IMG/VR virus record: IMGVR_UViG_3300004151_000006
Location: 222,689 to 286,688 of that record
Length of the DNA stretch: 64,000 bases
Reading direction: 5' to 3' (one strand)
This document shows, one piece after another, positions 48,134 to 58,197 of this stretch. The position numbers and the translations under genes were made by a program. The notes beneath the pieces are model-generated. The model had not been told where the DNA came from, did no database searches, and worked only from the letters and a program-made list of their open reading frames with translations. The first letter of the stretch is position 1; every line of letters begins with the position of its first letter.

Positions 48134-49666
48134 ATGAGTAATCTTCGTATGGTTGATCTCTCCGGAGTGGGAGTCTTTTTGGATAATGAAAATTATGTTG
48201 CTATCCCCAAACAGTTTAAGGATAATAATAGTCTTTCCATGGTATCACAGAAAATGACTGAATATGTTATCTCTAAATATGAACAAAATCCAGGTACTCC
48301 TTTGACTGCTGAGCAGATCCTTAAATACCTCAGTGACTATCAGAAAGAAGAATCAGGTATCCCTTATTTTGCTATGTTGGAAGGATATGCTAATGATTGC
48401 TCTCGTGGATTTAAAGAGACTCAGTCTACGTTAAAAACCACTGTGTTTAATACAGTAAAAGAATTATCTACTCAGATCCATGAGTCAATGCAGAAGCATC
48501 TGCAGACTATGGGTGTGGCTGCTATCTTGGAACAAGATGAAGTACTCAATGAAGATGGTGATTTTGAAGAATGGGATTGGGATGAAACCATGGGTGATAC
48601 TTCTACATTGTTGGATACTCTTTTCATTGATACCAATGTGACTCAGTTAGGTAAAATGGATATCTATCTGTGTAAACCCATGATGAATCATCTGAAGATG
48701 GATGTCTCTGAGACTGTGTCTTTTCCAGATGAGACTAAGATCAACATGATCAAACGTATCGTAGAGCTGACTAGTAAAGATAGTGATGCTGTAGCTGCTA
48801 CTTTAGCTATCATCACTGATCGTCCTAAATATCATCATTTTATGTTTTCTAATTTTAAAGATACTGAACAATTGACTCCATTTGCCACATGTGAGAAATT
48901 TAAAAATACTCTGATGATTCATCATGCTATTTTAGAAGATATTGAAGGTATGGATCTTGATATTGAAGAAGATAGTGGTGCTGAACTCAAAGCTCGTGTG
49001 AAGCAATTACTTTTAGCTTGTGATATCATGCGGTATTACTTGATGTGTAGACGTCAGTATTTCTCTAATAGTCTTCTTTTAAATATTAAAGTCATCAATA
49101 AAGATCAGAAAGAAGCTTTTCTTAAAGATCACACTATATCTGATCTCAATAAGTATGTCAAGGTATCACATGTGATGAAGAAGATCCCTATGTATTATAA
49201 TGGTGTATCTATTGATACAGTGGCTAAATCTAAAGATAGATGTGCTGGTGAATATTTAGTATATCAAGAAGATATCAAATTAAACAAACATGTGTATAAG
49301 AATAAAGCCTTAACTTTGGCTGTAAGTGATGTGATCAGATCTTATCTTTCACAAGTGGATGCTACTTTAATACCAAGACAATATAACAACAAACAACAGT
49401 ATATTGAACAGATGGTGCTTACAGCTAAACATATGTTAGTAGAACTTCATAATGTAGATGGTAATGTAGAAGATTTCTTATATAGATTCATGATGATGAC
49501 TCAGTACAACAATACTTCAATAGCTAATATGTATAAAGCATATCAGATGGAATCTGTAGCAGCTACTGAAAGTATGCAAGATGGTGTGATGGATCCCACT
49601 CAAGTGGAAGCTAAAGTGTGTAGTAAGTTTGTGACTAATTTCTTTAAATCTAATTTCATGAAATAA
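48134..49666 (+). CDS. Hypothetical protein, possibly virion structural
   Basis: AAGGAG SD; C-terminal AATE|S. Confidence 0.7.
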   Translation: MSNLRMVDLSGVGVFLDNENYVAIPKQFKDNNSLSMVSQKMTEYVISKYEQNPGTPLTAEQILKYLSDYQKEESGIPYFAMLEGYANDCSRGFKETQSTLKTTVFNTVKELSTQIHESMQKHLQTMGVAAILEQDEVLNEDGDFEEWDWDETMGDTSTLLDTLFIDTNVTQLGKMDIYLCKPMMNHLKMDVSETVSFPDETKINMIKRIVELTSKDSDAVAATLAIITDRPKYHHFMFSNFKDTEQLTPFATCEKFKNTLMIHHAILEDIEGMDLDIEEDSGAELKARVKQLLLACDIMRYYLMCRRQYFSNSLLLNIKVINKDQKEAFLKDHTISDLNKYVKVSHVMKKIPMYYNGVSIDTVAKSKDRCAGEYLVYQEDIKLNKHVYKNKALTLAVSDVIRSYLSQVDATLIPRQYNNKQQYIEQMVLTAKHMLVELHNVDGNVEDFLYRFMMMTQYNNTSIANMYKAYQMESVAATESMQDGVMDPTQVEAKVCSKFVTNFFKSNFMK

Positions 49667-49672
49667 GTACTG

Positions 49673-49712
49673 AGTGTAGATAGTAGCCCCAATTGGGGCT
49701 ACTATCTACACT
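49673..49712. terminator. Perfect 40-bp palindrome
   Basis: AGTGTAGATAGTAGCCCCAA|TTGGGGCTACTATCTACACT. Confidence 0.55.
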
Positions 49713-49808
49713 ACATTATATCTTCATCTATGATATATAGTAAAAGCATCGTATAGTCCTAAAAGGCACTGATTTAAACTTTATCACATCCGTGAAGGAG
49801 TGTGTGAC

Positions 49809-51200
49809 ATGGCGTCATATATCCACTTGACTGGATTTATGGAAGACACTATCTTCCATAAAGATCTCAGATTAATTATCAACAATAATAATGATCAAGG
49901 TATTGGTTATCTTAATTCTATCTTAGTGGATTATTTTGTATCTATTGGAGAACTCAAAGATACTCGTATATCTAGACTCAGTGTCATCAATAGTGGTGCT
50001 CCAGCTACTGGTAAATGTACTTTATTTTTTGATAATAAAGTTATTGAAGATCCTAATTTCTGGACTACTGCTATCACCAATGAACAAATCAACACTATCT
50101 TCAATATCTCAGAGTTTTGTTATTTGAATCAGAATCAAGATATTGCTTATATTGAACACATGCTCACTACCGATAGTGTCTTTACTAATCTTTATGTACC
50201 TGAATCTGTAGCTATCTCTACAGTCACCAATCCCATTACAATCTCTGATCCATTCAACACCAGTATTCGTATCCCCAATTGGGTAGAATTTCAAATCTAT
50301 TTGACTCCAGATAAAGAAAAGATCTTAAAAGTAAAGTTATGGTTATCTAGTAATGATTTTAGTAAAAACTATCCTTATACCACTATCACTAAAGTCATTC
50401 CACCCTGTCCTCCTGAGACATTGTTTAACACTGTAAAAGGTATGTCTCAGATGGAAACTATGATTGAATCTTCAAAGTTTACATTCATTCAAATGCATCA
50501 AGATCTAGTAGCTAATGATCAAGCTGGAGCTATTTCATTTAATACTAAATACTATCTTGGAGTTAATATAGAATATACTATCGCATTTGCAGTACTCTAT
50601 AAAGGTGCTAAGCAACCTACTACTATGGCCTGTAGGGCAGCTATCAAAGAATATCTTTTGAGTACTGGACTCACCACATTGGATAATCTAGAGACTCTTT
50701 TCCCTGAACTCTTTGTAGATTATCAATTTTATATCATCCCTCTGTGGGATCATAAGAAAGAATTGGAAGATCGTACTGTTTATCCTTCTATCTCACCAAC
50801 GTATGCTTATATCAAAGAAGTAATTGATCGTATCTATCCCAATCTCAATGAAGATTATATGGACACACGTATTCAGATCATCCTTAATGCAGAATCTGAT
50901 ATCTTCTCTTTAGTAGTACCTAATGTATTAAATCCGGATTTAGTATCATTATTGGATCTTCATCCCATATTTACCCGTAGGGCTGCTGGTGAAACTGCTT
51001 ATAACTATATGACAGTTAAGACTAAACAGTTGGCTGATAAATTAGCAAGAGTCTTTGCCGTATTTAATGCAGATGTGGCTACTAATGAATTTGCTTCTTA
51101 TATTGAAGATGAAAGAGAGTATCTTACTTTTACTGTAGGTAATACTGAACTTCAGGTTTTATCGCCCACTGGATATCATTATGTGCCGGAGGTGTCATGA
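49809..51200 (+). CDS. Putative virion structural protein (phiKZ-like)
   Basis: P.WVEF..VKLWLS..F...YP and FPELF...FYIIPLWD pattern; in structural operon. Confidence 0.6.
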   Translation: MASYIHLTGFMEDTIFHKDLRLIINNNNDQGIGYLNSILVDYFVSIGELKDTRISRLSVINSGAPATGKCTLFFDNKVIEDPNFWTTAITNEQINTIFNISEFCYLNQNQDIAYIEHMLTTDSVFTNLYVPESVAISTVTNPITISDPFNTSIRIPNWVEFQIYLTPDKEKILKVKLWLSSNDFSKNYPYTTITKVIPPCPPETLFNTVKGMSQMETMIESSKFTFIQMHQDLVANDQAGAISFNTKYYLGVNIEYTIAFAVLYKGAKQPTTMACRAAIKEYLLSTGLTTLDNLETLFPELFVDYQFYIIPLWDHKKELEDRTVYPSISPTYAYIKEVIDRIYPNLNEDYMDTRIQIILNAESDIFSLVVPNVLNPDLVSLLDLHPIFTRRAAGETAYNYMTVKTKQLADKLARVFAVFNADVATNEFASYIEDEREYLTFTVGNTELQVLSPTGYHYVPEVS

Positions 51201-51829
51201 TCCCTACAGTAGGTATCACATATAAATTTTCTTTTGCTCCAGGATACACTGCATTGGATGGGATCTATCATGTAGGACAAATACTCACCTTTCAAGAAAT
51301 GATCCAAAGTGAGAATTCTTTGATCAATGGTTTTTATATGTTAGTGGATAAAACATCCACAGATTACAACAATGATTTAGCTTATGTGAGAGAAAGTAAG
51401 ATAGTCAAACTCATGAATCCAGATACGCTCTCAGACAGTAGTGCTATCTATGCACCACTTTATTATTTATCTATGGTACCTGATCCTAATGTTAAAAAGT
51501 ATTTTCATTTATCTATTGGATTTGATCTTGGTATCTATGATGACCCAGAACAACTTTCATTCATATCAACTAATCTAGCCCAACAGTTTCAAGCTACTTT
51601 AGGTATAATCAATGCTTCTCCTGAAATCTTTGAATTGGAATCTACTTGGATGACTACCGATACTTATATCACACAATATAAAGATATTAGACAAGCCAAT
51701 ATCAAAGAAATACTGAACTATTTCAGTGAAAATAAAAGATTGGAATTAGAGATAGCTAGTCTCAGATCTAAACTTAAAGCTTATGAAGAGATCATAGTGG
51801 ATCATATCCCACCATCTAACGGAGGTTAA
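51197..51829 (+). CDS. Putative virion structural protein
   Basis: ATGA overlap; C-terminal coiled coil. Confidence 0.6.
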   Translation: MIPTVGITYKFSFAPGYTALDGIYHVGQILTFQEMIQSENSLINGFYMLVDKTSTDYNNDLAYVRESKIVKLMNPDTLSDSSAIYAPLYYLSMVPDPNVKKYFHLSIGFDLGIYDDPEQLSFISTNLAQQFQATLGIINASPEIFELESTWMTTDTYITQYKDIRQANIKEILNYFSENKRLELEIASLRSKLKAYEEIIVDHIPPSNGG

Positions 51830-51837
51830 TTTACACT

Positions 51838-53751
51838 ATGAGTTATTTGAACCCAGATCTGGCAGGAGATTCTCCTCTCCATAAAGTAGAAAATGATGTA
51901 AGAGAGATCTTTAAGACCCCTCAAGTCTTTGACTTTGGTACTACTGTATTTGGTGAATCTATTGTATTGAAAATGGTTGATACAACGAGTGCCAGTGCAC
52001 CGACTACACTTGTGTTGGGTAGGGATTATCAAGTATTAGAAAGTGATATTGATTATGATCAGATGGCTAAGATGAAAGTATATGATCCGACTTTTGGAAA
52101 GATCCTTTGTCGTAGTGTCACCATCTATTCAAACAATACACTCAATTATTTAGTCAATGCTACATATCAGAGATTGTATCCAAATCAAATCCGTACAGCA
52201 TATTACAATGGTGAACCTCTCAATTTTACTCCTGAACTCTTGACAGCTATCTTGCAGCATCTGCAACATCTTGAATTACGCACTTCTAAAGTGGATGATA
52301 AAACTGGTGTCACGGAACATGATGCTCGTATCTATGAAATTGATATCCACATGGAAAATCCTTTAAATAAAGTAGAAAATGAAGCACATGAAATGAATGC
52401 TTCTGAAGGGAAGATCTATATCCACCCAGTTGGTGGTGCATTCTATGGTGAATCCTTAGTGATCAAACATCCTGCTACAAATTCTACACTCATTGAAAAT
52501 CAAGATTATAAGATCTTTAGTTTAGATCTCCATAAAACTATGCTCACCTCTAGGAAGAAACCAGTCTATAACTTCATTATTATGCTTATCCCATTAAATG
52601 GTGATGTGACTATTGATTATCATGCCTTTGGTGGTGATCCCACTGTAGAGAATATTCGTGATCTTAAGATTCAATTTCAAAATATTGTAGCCTATCTCAA
52701 TGAAGCAGCTTTTATCACCGATAGTACTTTAGGTAGGACAAAAGTCATCACGAGTCTCACTGCTCGCATAGCTGAATTGGAGGAAGACATGCGTAGATTG
52801 TTACTGGAAGGAAAACCCAATTATGGAGATGCTACCAGTGGCCAGGTAGTACTGAAAAAGCTCCATGCGAGTGGTGATAATAATCTTCATTGGTGGAATA
52901 TAGCAAAACTCTATAAAGTCAGTGGTGCTAATGATATCATTAATGCTGATCGTATGCGACTCAGATTAGAGACAAAGTATACTAAATTTATGATGGATGT
53001 GATCATCTCTGTCAATTTAAATAATCCAAGTGGTAATCGTTTTGATGTAGTGATAGAGTCAGATATCTATCCTAAAGGGTACATCCCTCTGGAAGATTAT
53101 TCTGGTGTAGACACACTCATTAGACCCCAGTTTAGGGCTATCTGGAATGCCAATAGTACACAACAGTCAGGTATCATCATTCAGTTTGGTATGGAGCTCA
53201 AATCAGTCTCTACTGAGACATTGGTCATCGTAGACAATAGTGGTACTGAGAGTTGTTTTATCATTGATCTTGAAGTGGATGATATATTGTTACCCAATGA
53301 TGATATCGTACAATTACCTAATCCTAATCATGTATGGGATATGTCTAATGAAAACAGTAAATGGGAATCTACCTTAGCTCCTTTCACTGAAGGTCATTTA
53401 GTGTGGGCTGGTGTCAAGCCTCTTAATAGACCTGATGGTGAGTTTAAACACTTCATGCTCACAGATCATTTCTTGGATAACAATACTGATTATACTCGTA
53501 TCAAGAAAGTGAGATTAGAACTCTGTGAAGTAGGTACTGCATATCAATTCCCCATTGATATTGATTTTATCCCAGGTAAAGAAAACTTAGTTGGATTTAA
53601 GACATTTCATTATAATAAACGTCCTGCATATATCAATATGAGGATCTATCGTGATGATCTTGGTGATATCCAGTTTGATTTTAATACTGAAGTAGAAGCT
53701 GGTCTTGAGTCTAACCAATTGGATATTCGTGGCGTAGTCATCTACGTCTAG
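51838..53751 (+). CDS. Putative baseplate/tail structural protein (phiKZ-like)
   Basis: Duplicated D....P..KVEN / FxGES.V...L..DY module. Confidence 0.6.
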   Translation: MSYLNPDLAGDSPLHKVENDVREIFKTPQVFDFGTTVFGESIVLKMVDTTSASAPTTLVLGRDYQVLESDIDYDQMAKMKVYDPTFGKILCRSVTIYSNNTLNYLVNATYQRLYPNQIRTAYYNGEPLNFTPELLTAILQHLQHLELRTSKVDDKTGVTEHDARIYEIDIHMENPLNKVENEAHEMNASEGKIYIHPVGGAFYGESLVIKHPATNSTLIENQDYKIFSLDLHKTMLTSRKKPVYNFIIMLIPLNGDVTIDYHAFGGDPTVENIRDLKIQFQNIVAYLNEAAFITDSTLGRTKVITSLTARIAELEEDMRRLLLEGKPNYGDATSGQVVLKKLHASGDNNLHWWNIAKLYKVSGANDIINADRMRLRLETKYTKFMMDVIISVNLNNPSGNRFDVVIESDIYPKGYIPLEDYSGVDTLIRPQFRAIWNANSTQQSGIIIQFGMELKSVSTETLVIVDNSGTESCFIIDLEVDDILLPNDDIVQLPNPNHVWDMSNENSKWESTLAPFTEGHLVWAGVKPLNRPDGEFKHFMLTDHFLDNNTDYTRIKKVRLELCEVGTAYQFPIDIDFIPGKENLVGFKTFHYNKRPAYINMRIYRDDLGDIQFDFNTEVEAGLESNQLDIRGVVIYV

Positions 53752-53763
53752 GAGGATGGTATT

Positions 53764-53976
53764 ATGATCTTAGTCACTACGATGTTACGTGATAATGTAG
53801 AACAAGTCACTGGTATGAGTATCATCCCTAAAGAGCAGGGCCCTAAGGGTAATCTCCCCAATGGGCAGTATACCTTTTCTGATAATGAGATCCCTAAAGA
53901 TTTTTATGTGAACTACCAGCAGTATTATGTAATTGATGGGATGCTCCATGCTGATCCTGGAAAGATGATGATGTAA
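53764..53976 (+). CDS. Small hypothetical protein
   Basis: AGGAGG SD. Confidence 0.7.
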   Translation: MILVTTMLRDNVEQVTGMSIIPKEQGPKGNLPNGQYTFSDNEIPKDFYVNYQQYYVIDGMLHADPGKMMM

Positions 53977-53981
53977 TACTT

Positions 53982-54009
53982 TGGGGTCAGGGAGAAATCC
54001 CTGACCCCA
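53982..54009. terminator. Hairpin with GAAA loop
   Basis: TGGGGTCAGGGA-GAAA-TCCCTGACCCCA. Confidence 0.55.
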
Positions 54010-54029
54010 TATATCTCACCCATTATTTG

Positions 54030-54049
54030 AATATATATTACACACATGA
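54030..54049 (+). promoter_or_regulatory. Putative early promoter
   Basis: TATATATTA-CACACA-TGA. Confidence 0.65.
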
Positions 54050-54087
54050 TACTGTTTAAATAAACCTTTTAACTTTGGGGGAACACC

Positions 54088-54642
54088 ATGACTATTGAAC
54101 TTGGGTCCTATTGCAAAGATATGATCACGGGTATTGAGGGGCATGCTGTTATGCGAGTTAAACATGTCACTGGGTGTGATCGTTATACATTACAACCAAG
54201 AATTATTGGTGAATTGGATGGTAAGACTATACCTGAATCTTTTGATTTTGATGAAAATCGATTGACGGTAGATCCTGAAAAATCAATGGGTGGTTTTGAA
54301 GATTTTGATGGTGATGAACCGGATATTAAATTGGGTATGTATGTTATTGATAATATTACTGGATTTAAAGGTTATGTCATTATGCGGGTTGAGGATCTTG
54401 CTGGAAGGGTACGCTTTGGAATACAAGCCACAGCTAATCTTAAGGAAAATCAGAAAGACAGTCCTCCGTATCACTATACTGATTGGCGTAGACTGGAAGA
54501 TGCAAGTGATGATCAACATCCACATTTGGTGATCCCGGGTATTACTGATACTGTTGAATCTGAAAAAACTGAGTCAAAAGATAAGAAAAAGAAATCTTCG
54601 GGTAAAGGTGCTGATACATTGATGGGGCGTTGCCCGTTATAG
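54088..54642 (+). CDS. Protein with two tandem SH3/KOW-like domains
   Basis: LGxYxxDxITGxxGxxxMRV...RL occurs twice. Confidence 0.7.
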   Translation: MTIELGSYCKDMITGIEGHAVMRVKHVTGCDRYTLQPRIIGELDGKTIPESFDFDENRLTVDPEKSMGGFEDFDGDEPDIKLGMYVIDNITGFKGYVIMRVEDLAGRVRFGIQATANLKENQKDSPPYHYTDWRRLEDASDDQHPHLVIPGITDTVESEKTESKDKKKKSSGKGADTLMGRCPL

Positions 54643-54647
54643 TGATG

Positions 54648-54680
54648 GGTGGGATGTTAGTAACATACTAACATCCCACC
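54648..54680. terminator. Intergenic hairpin
   Basis: 15-bp stem with ACA loop. Confidence 0.55.
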
Positions 54681-54702
54681 ATATTGTTGATCAATTTTTT
54701 TT

Positions 54703-54723
54703 AAATATATATCACTAATGTGA
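54703..54723 (+). promoter_or_regulatory. Putative early promoter
   Basis: TATATATCA-CTAATG-TGA. Confidence 0.65.
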
Positions 54724-54758
54724 ATCCGGATATTAAATCTTAGATAATAATCCAACTT

Positions 54759-55073
54759 TTGGAGGATCATATGTTAAATTTGAATCTTCAGATCTTAGAA
54801 GATCTAACACCAAAGTATCAACACTTGGTATATCACAAATTGAATGCTTCGGAGCGTAAAATCCTAGCTACCATGGCTAGGATAAATACACGTATTCGGG
54901 TACGTAATTTGGTAAGTGTCATGCCAGCACCAAAACCCCAACACAACATATTGAGCATGCAGCTCTATCGTCTCAATAAGACAAAAGGCATCCTCAATAA
55001 TAACAAAGACGGCTATGATTTTAATGACGTGTGGTTGCGTCTTTGGTTTAGGGCTAGGGCTGGGTTGTTTTAA
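54759..55073 (+). CDS. Stand-alone winged-helix protein
   Basis: LNASERKILATMA...LYRL...GIL...YDFND..LRLW; real start probably the ATG about 12 nt downstream. Confidence 0.6.
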   Translation: MEDHMLNLNLQILEDLTPKYQHLVYHKLNASERKILATMARINTRIRVRNLVSVMPAPKPQHNILSMQLYRLNKTKGILNNNKDGYDFNDVWLRLWFRARAGLF

Positions 55074-55097
55074 TAAACCTTTACTACGGGGTACGAC

Positions 55098-55346
55098 ATG
55101 TCCAAATTTGATCAGCTCACCATGGTAGAATTTGCCAAGTATCTTGAACGATACTCTGGTATTGTCACATTTCATGAAGAAGCATTTCATGGTGCTTTTA
55201 CACATGAAATGTTTGGTGTCTTTCTGGCTTTCCCCACTTGGGAAGTGAGTATCTCTGACAGTGGAAGTTTTAGTGCACCCACTCTTAGTCTACTCTTAGA
55301 AGAGATGGATAAGATCCATCCCATCACACACAACCAACGGAAGTAA
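55098..55346 (+). CDS. Hypothetical protein
   Basis: 82 aa within the operon. Confidence 0.65.
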   Translation: MSKFDQLTMVEFAKYLERYSGIVTFHEEAFHGAFTHEMFGVFLAFPTWEVSISDSGSFSAPTLSLLLEEMDKIHPITHNQRK

Positions 55347-55350
55347 TACC

Positions 55351-56073
55351 ATGAAGATATCTCTGAATACCATTGCAGCCAAGCTGCATTTCATTTTGGT
55401 GTATTGGGGTAATGTGATTTATTGTTTACTCCTGTGTTTATTCATGCGGGATTACCCCACAATCATCATCCCTGTGATAGGGATGATGGTCTTTACTAAC
55501 TATAGGAGTTATCTTCTCACCCAGTGTCCTGATCAGGTCATGGGTGATATGGTGCGGATGCTGGGTGTACCAGCTGGTACTGCAATCAATTACAATATTA
55601 TAAATTGGAAATGCATCACCAAGGTCGCAATACTCCCCATTGGGGATACTGTGTTTGCTGGTGTAATCCCTGGATTCGGTGTAGTGTGTACTGCGGCAGT
55701 GGATCGTTTGAGTGTACCACAAGTGGAGGCATTGATGTCCCATGAGGTGTGTCATTTGATTCATAATGACATCCATAATCGTAATTATGTAGCCATGCTA
55801 CTCAATGTGGCGGCTATTGGTGTCGGTATCGTTATGACATACATAGGTGTCGCTTGGGGTTGGGCTATGGTCACTGGGTATATTTTATCATGTTTATATA
55901 TTGGCTACCTCCATCACATGGAATATCGTGCAGATATGGCAACAGTAGAGGATGGTCTTGGTAAGGAGATGATAGATCTCCTGGAACACCATATCCCAGA
56001 TTCAAAGATGGATACTACTCATCCCATGAATGCAAAGCGTATTCGTGCCATTCAAAAGGCAATAACAAATTAA
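55351..56073 (+). CDS. M48 (HtpX-like) membrane zinc metalloprotease
   Basis: TM helices; HEVCH, EYRAD and THP...RI. Confidence 0.9.
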   Translation: MKISLNTIAAKLHFILVYWGNVIYCLLLCLFMRDYPTIIIPVIGMMVFTNYRSYLLTQCPDQVMGDMVRMLGVPAGTAINYNIINWKCITKVAILPIGDTVFAGVIPGFGVVCTAAVDRLSVPQVEALMSHEVCHLIHNDIHNRNYVAMLLNVAAIGVGIVMTYIGVAWGWAMVTGYILSCLYIGYLHHMEYRADMATVEDGLGKEMIDLLEHHIPDSKMDTTHPMNAKRIRAIQKAITN

Positions 56074-56087
56074 CTCAGGGGGTCAAT

Positions 56088-56285
56088 ATGCGGTGGATTA
56101 CAAAGCTTTTAGTTGGTATCATCTTCATGTGCATCACTGCACAGGTCTGTTCAATCTTATATGTCATATTGATGGATAATGTTTCACCATTTCAAACATG
56201 GATAAGTATTGTGTGTCTCAGTGGTATTGCAAATTTGTTAGCAATAGGATGTTCAGATTGGCTCATCAGGATGCATAAAAAATAA
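56088..56285 (+). CDS. Small two-TM protein
   Basis: Hydrophobic 65 aa. Confidence 0.6.
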   Translation: MRWITKLLVGIIFMCITAQVCSILYVILMDNVSPFQTWISIVCLSGIANLLAIGCSDWLIRMHKK

Positions 56286-56296
56286 TCCAGTTGATA

Positions 56297-56337
56297 TAGC
56301 TAGGATGTGTGGGCCCGATGCCAACACATCCTAGCTA
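56297..56337. terminator. Intergenic hairpin
   Basis: TAGCTAGGATGTGT...ACACATCCTAGCTA. Confidence 0.55.
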
Positions 56338-56385
56338 AAAGACTTCTATATTTTTTTATAGTGATTGTTATTCATTATTATTTTA

Positions 56386-56405
56386 ACTATATATTACATA
56401 TGTGA
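56386..56405 (+). promoter_or_regulatory. Putative early promoter
   Basis: TATATATTA-CATATG-TGA. Confidence 0.65.
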
Positions 56406-56442
56406 TATGAAACTATTGATCCATTAAAGGGGGTATTTATTC

Positions 56443-56802
56443 ATGCATCAGCTCACCATCACTGTGCCGGGGTATATTGTAGACAAGATCTCTGAACTCA
56501 TTGGTCTCTTTGGTGGGGAGATCTTAAAAAATGAAATCGTGATCGCAGGCCTCATCTTTAATGCTGAAAATCCCAAATTGGATAATACGACTCTTAAGAA
56601 GTTACGTATCAATCTCAAACTCTCGCAACCGCAAATGGCTGCTAAGCTTGGCATGCCCCCGCAACAGCTCAGTATGTATGAAACTGGGTATCGGGGTATC
56701 ACCGCCAAACGATCAAAAATGATCATCCAAACACTTTCTTCTGAAATGGATCCCAGTGTCGGTGATCAGATGCGCGCTGAACTTGGTATCCAATCACACT
56801 AG
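56443..56802 (+). CDS. XRE-family HTH regulator (HigA-like)
   Basis: LKKLRINLKLSQPQMAAKLGMPPQQLSMYETG. Confidence 0.85.
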   Translation: MHQLTITVPGYIVDKISELIGLFGGEILKNEIVIAGLIFNAENPKLDNTTLKKLRINLKLSQPQMAAKLGMPPQQLSMYETGYRGITAKRSKMIIQTLSSEMDPSVGDQMRAELGIQSH

Positions 56803-56811
56803 ACCTATCAC

Positions 56812-56838
56812 GGGGAGTATCTATGATAGATACTCCCC
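56812..56838. terminator. Intergenic hairpin
   Basis: GGGGAGTATCTA-TGA-TAGATACTCCCC. Confidence 0.5.
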
Positions 56839-56853
56839 TACCAAGGAGCCATT

Positions 56854-57294
56854 ATGCGTAAAGTTTGTACTCAATGTTTGACTATCATCAGACCACATGA
56901 ATTTGAAAGACATCGTGGTACTTGTGGTGGTAAACTCATCACCATTGATGATCAGATTTGTGATATTATCACCAAGATATGGAAAGTTGGTATCCATACA
57001 GAATTTAGTTGTATTGGTCATTTTGAATCCAATGTATTTTCACCCTATATCGTATTTGTTGATTTGGATCCCACGGTAGCAGAAAATATCATGCACATTG
57101 TAAAGCGTATGGCTGATGATACATTTTTAGAATTGAATAAAACTAAAAATAATCAAGATCGTGCTAAATTTGATATCACTCTTTATGCTATTCCACCAAG
57201 TGGGGAAAAACAACAACTCAGTCTAGCAGATAAGATTGATTATCAGACTAGATTTCTTATGGTGTTATATAGTATTTTGGAATATTCTAAATGA
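56854..57294 (+). CDS. Hypothetical protein with Cys motifs
   Basis: CTQC...CGG and GIHTEFSCIGH. Confidence 0.7.
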   Translation: MRKVCTQCLTIIRPHEFERHRGTCGGKLITIDDQICDIITKIWKVGIHTEFSCIGHFESNVFSPYIVFVDLDPTVAENIMHIVKRMADDTFLELNKTKNNQDRAKFDITLYAIPPSGEKQQLSLADKIDYQTRFLMVLYSILEYSK

Positions 57295-57785
57295 GTGTAT
57301 CAGATTTTTTACCTGTCAGTATGACACAAAAGCATCTTGATAGATTAAATTTTAATCTTGTTAGTGAGATTGGTAAAAGTGGTTTAGATTTTGCTGATAT
57401 TTACATACATTTAAATAATGAAATACCACCAAAAGATTTTTACATGTTTGTATATCATTCATACATTTTTGATAGAAAGAAATTAGCTAAAATTAGAAGT
57501 GCTTTTAATAAAGCTATTCAATCTCATCGTTATAAAGCATTTATTTCTCGGATATATGAATATTTAATTGAATATTATAGTTTAGCTGAAATTGCAAAAA
57601 CTATCAATAGTACACAAAAAGAATTGATTAAATTCACTAGAGATCAGACACTTTTAATACCGATTGAAATAATCTGTAAATTGGAAGATTTTTGGAATAC
57701 ACATGGTACACAATCAAGATGTTCTCTTCTTCGACATAAAACACATTCTAAAGAAAGTCACATTAAGGAGGGATCATCATGTTAG
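57291..57785 (+). CDS. Hypothetical protein, possible HTH
   Basis: YSLAEIAKTINSTQKEL. Confidence 0.6.
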   Translation: MSVSDFLPVSMTQKHLDRLNFNLVSEIGKSGLDFADIYIHLNNEIPPKDFYMFVYHSYIFDRKKLAKIRSAFNKAIQSHRYKAFISRIYEYLIEYYSLAEIAKTINSTQKELIKFTRDQTLLIPIEIICKLEDFWNTHGTQSRCSLLRHKTHSKESHIKEGSSC

Positions 57786-58111
57786 ATGAAAAAGATACAT
57801 TGTTTCTTAATTCACTTAGACCCACAATTGCATCTATCATTTGGTATAATCTTTCAGCAACCATTGATGCACATTATTTATTTTCTACATATTCTGCTGG
57901 TGATCAATTGGCTATTTTGTATAACAATGTTGGTAATACGTGTCATGGTTTGTTACGAAATGATAAATTTCCAAAAGATCAAATAGAACATTATGCATGG
58001 TTATTTTTAAATGAAATCATTCGTGAAAAAAATATATCTAAAATAGATAAGATTACCAAACACATCAATAAGCGTGTACATGAATATATTTTAAGGAATG
58101 CTAATGTCTAA
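57779..58111 (+). CDS. Hypothetical protein
   Basis: AAGGAGG SD. Confidence 0.7.
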   Translation: MLDEKDTLFLNSLRPTIASIIWYNLSATIDAHYLFSTYSAGDQLAILYNNVGNTCHGLLRNDKFPKDQIEHYAWLFLNEIIREKNISKIDKITKHINKRVHEYILRNANV

Positions 58112-58197
58112 ATATCAGCCCATGTTAAAGCAGATAAAATTTTAAATATTACTATTAGTAAAAATATAAAATAATGACTGAAAGGAGATAAATCAAG

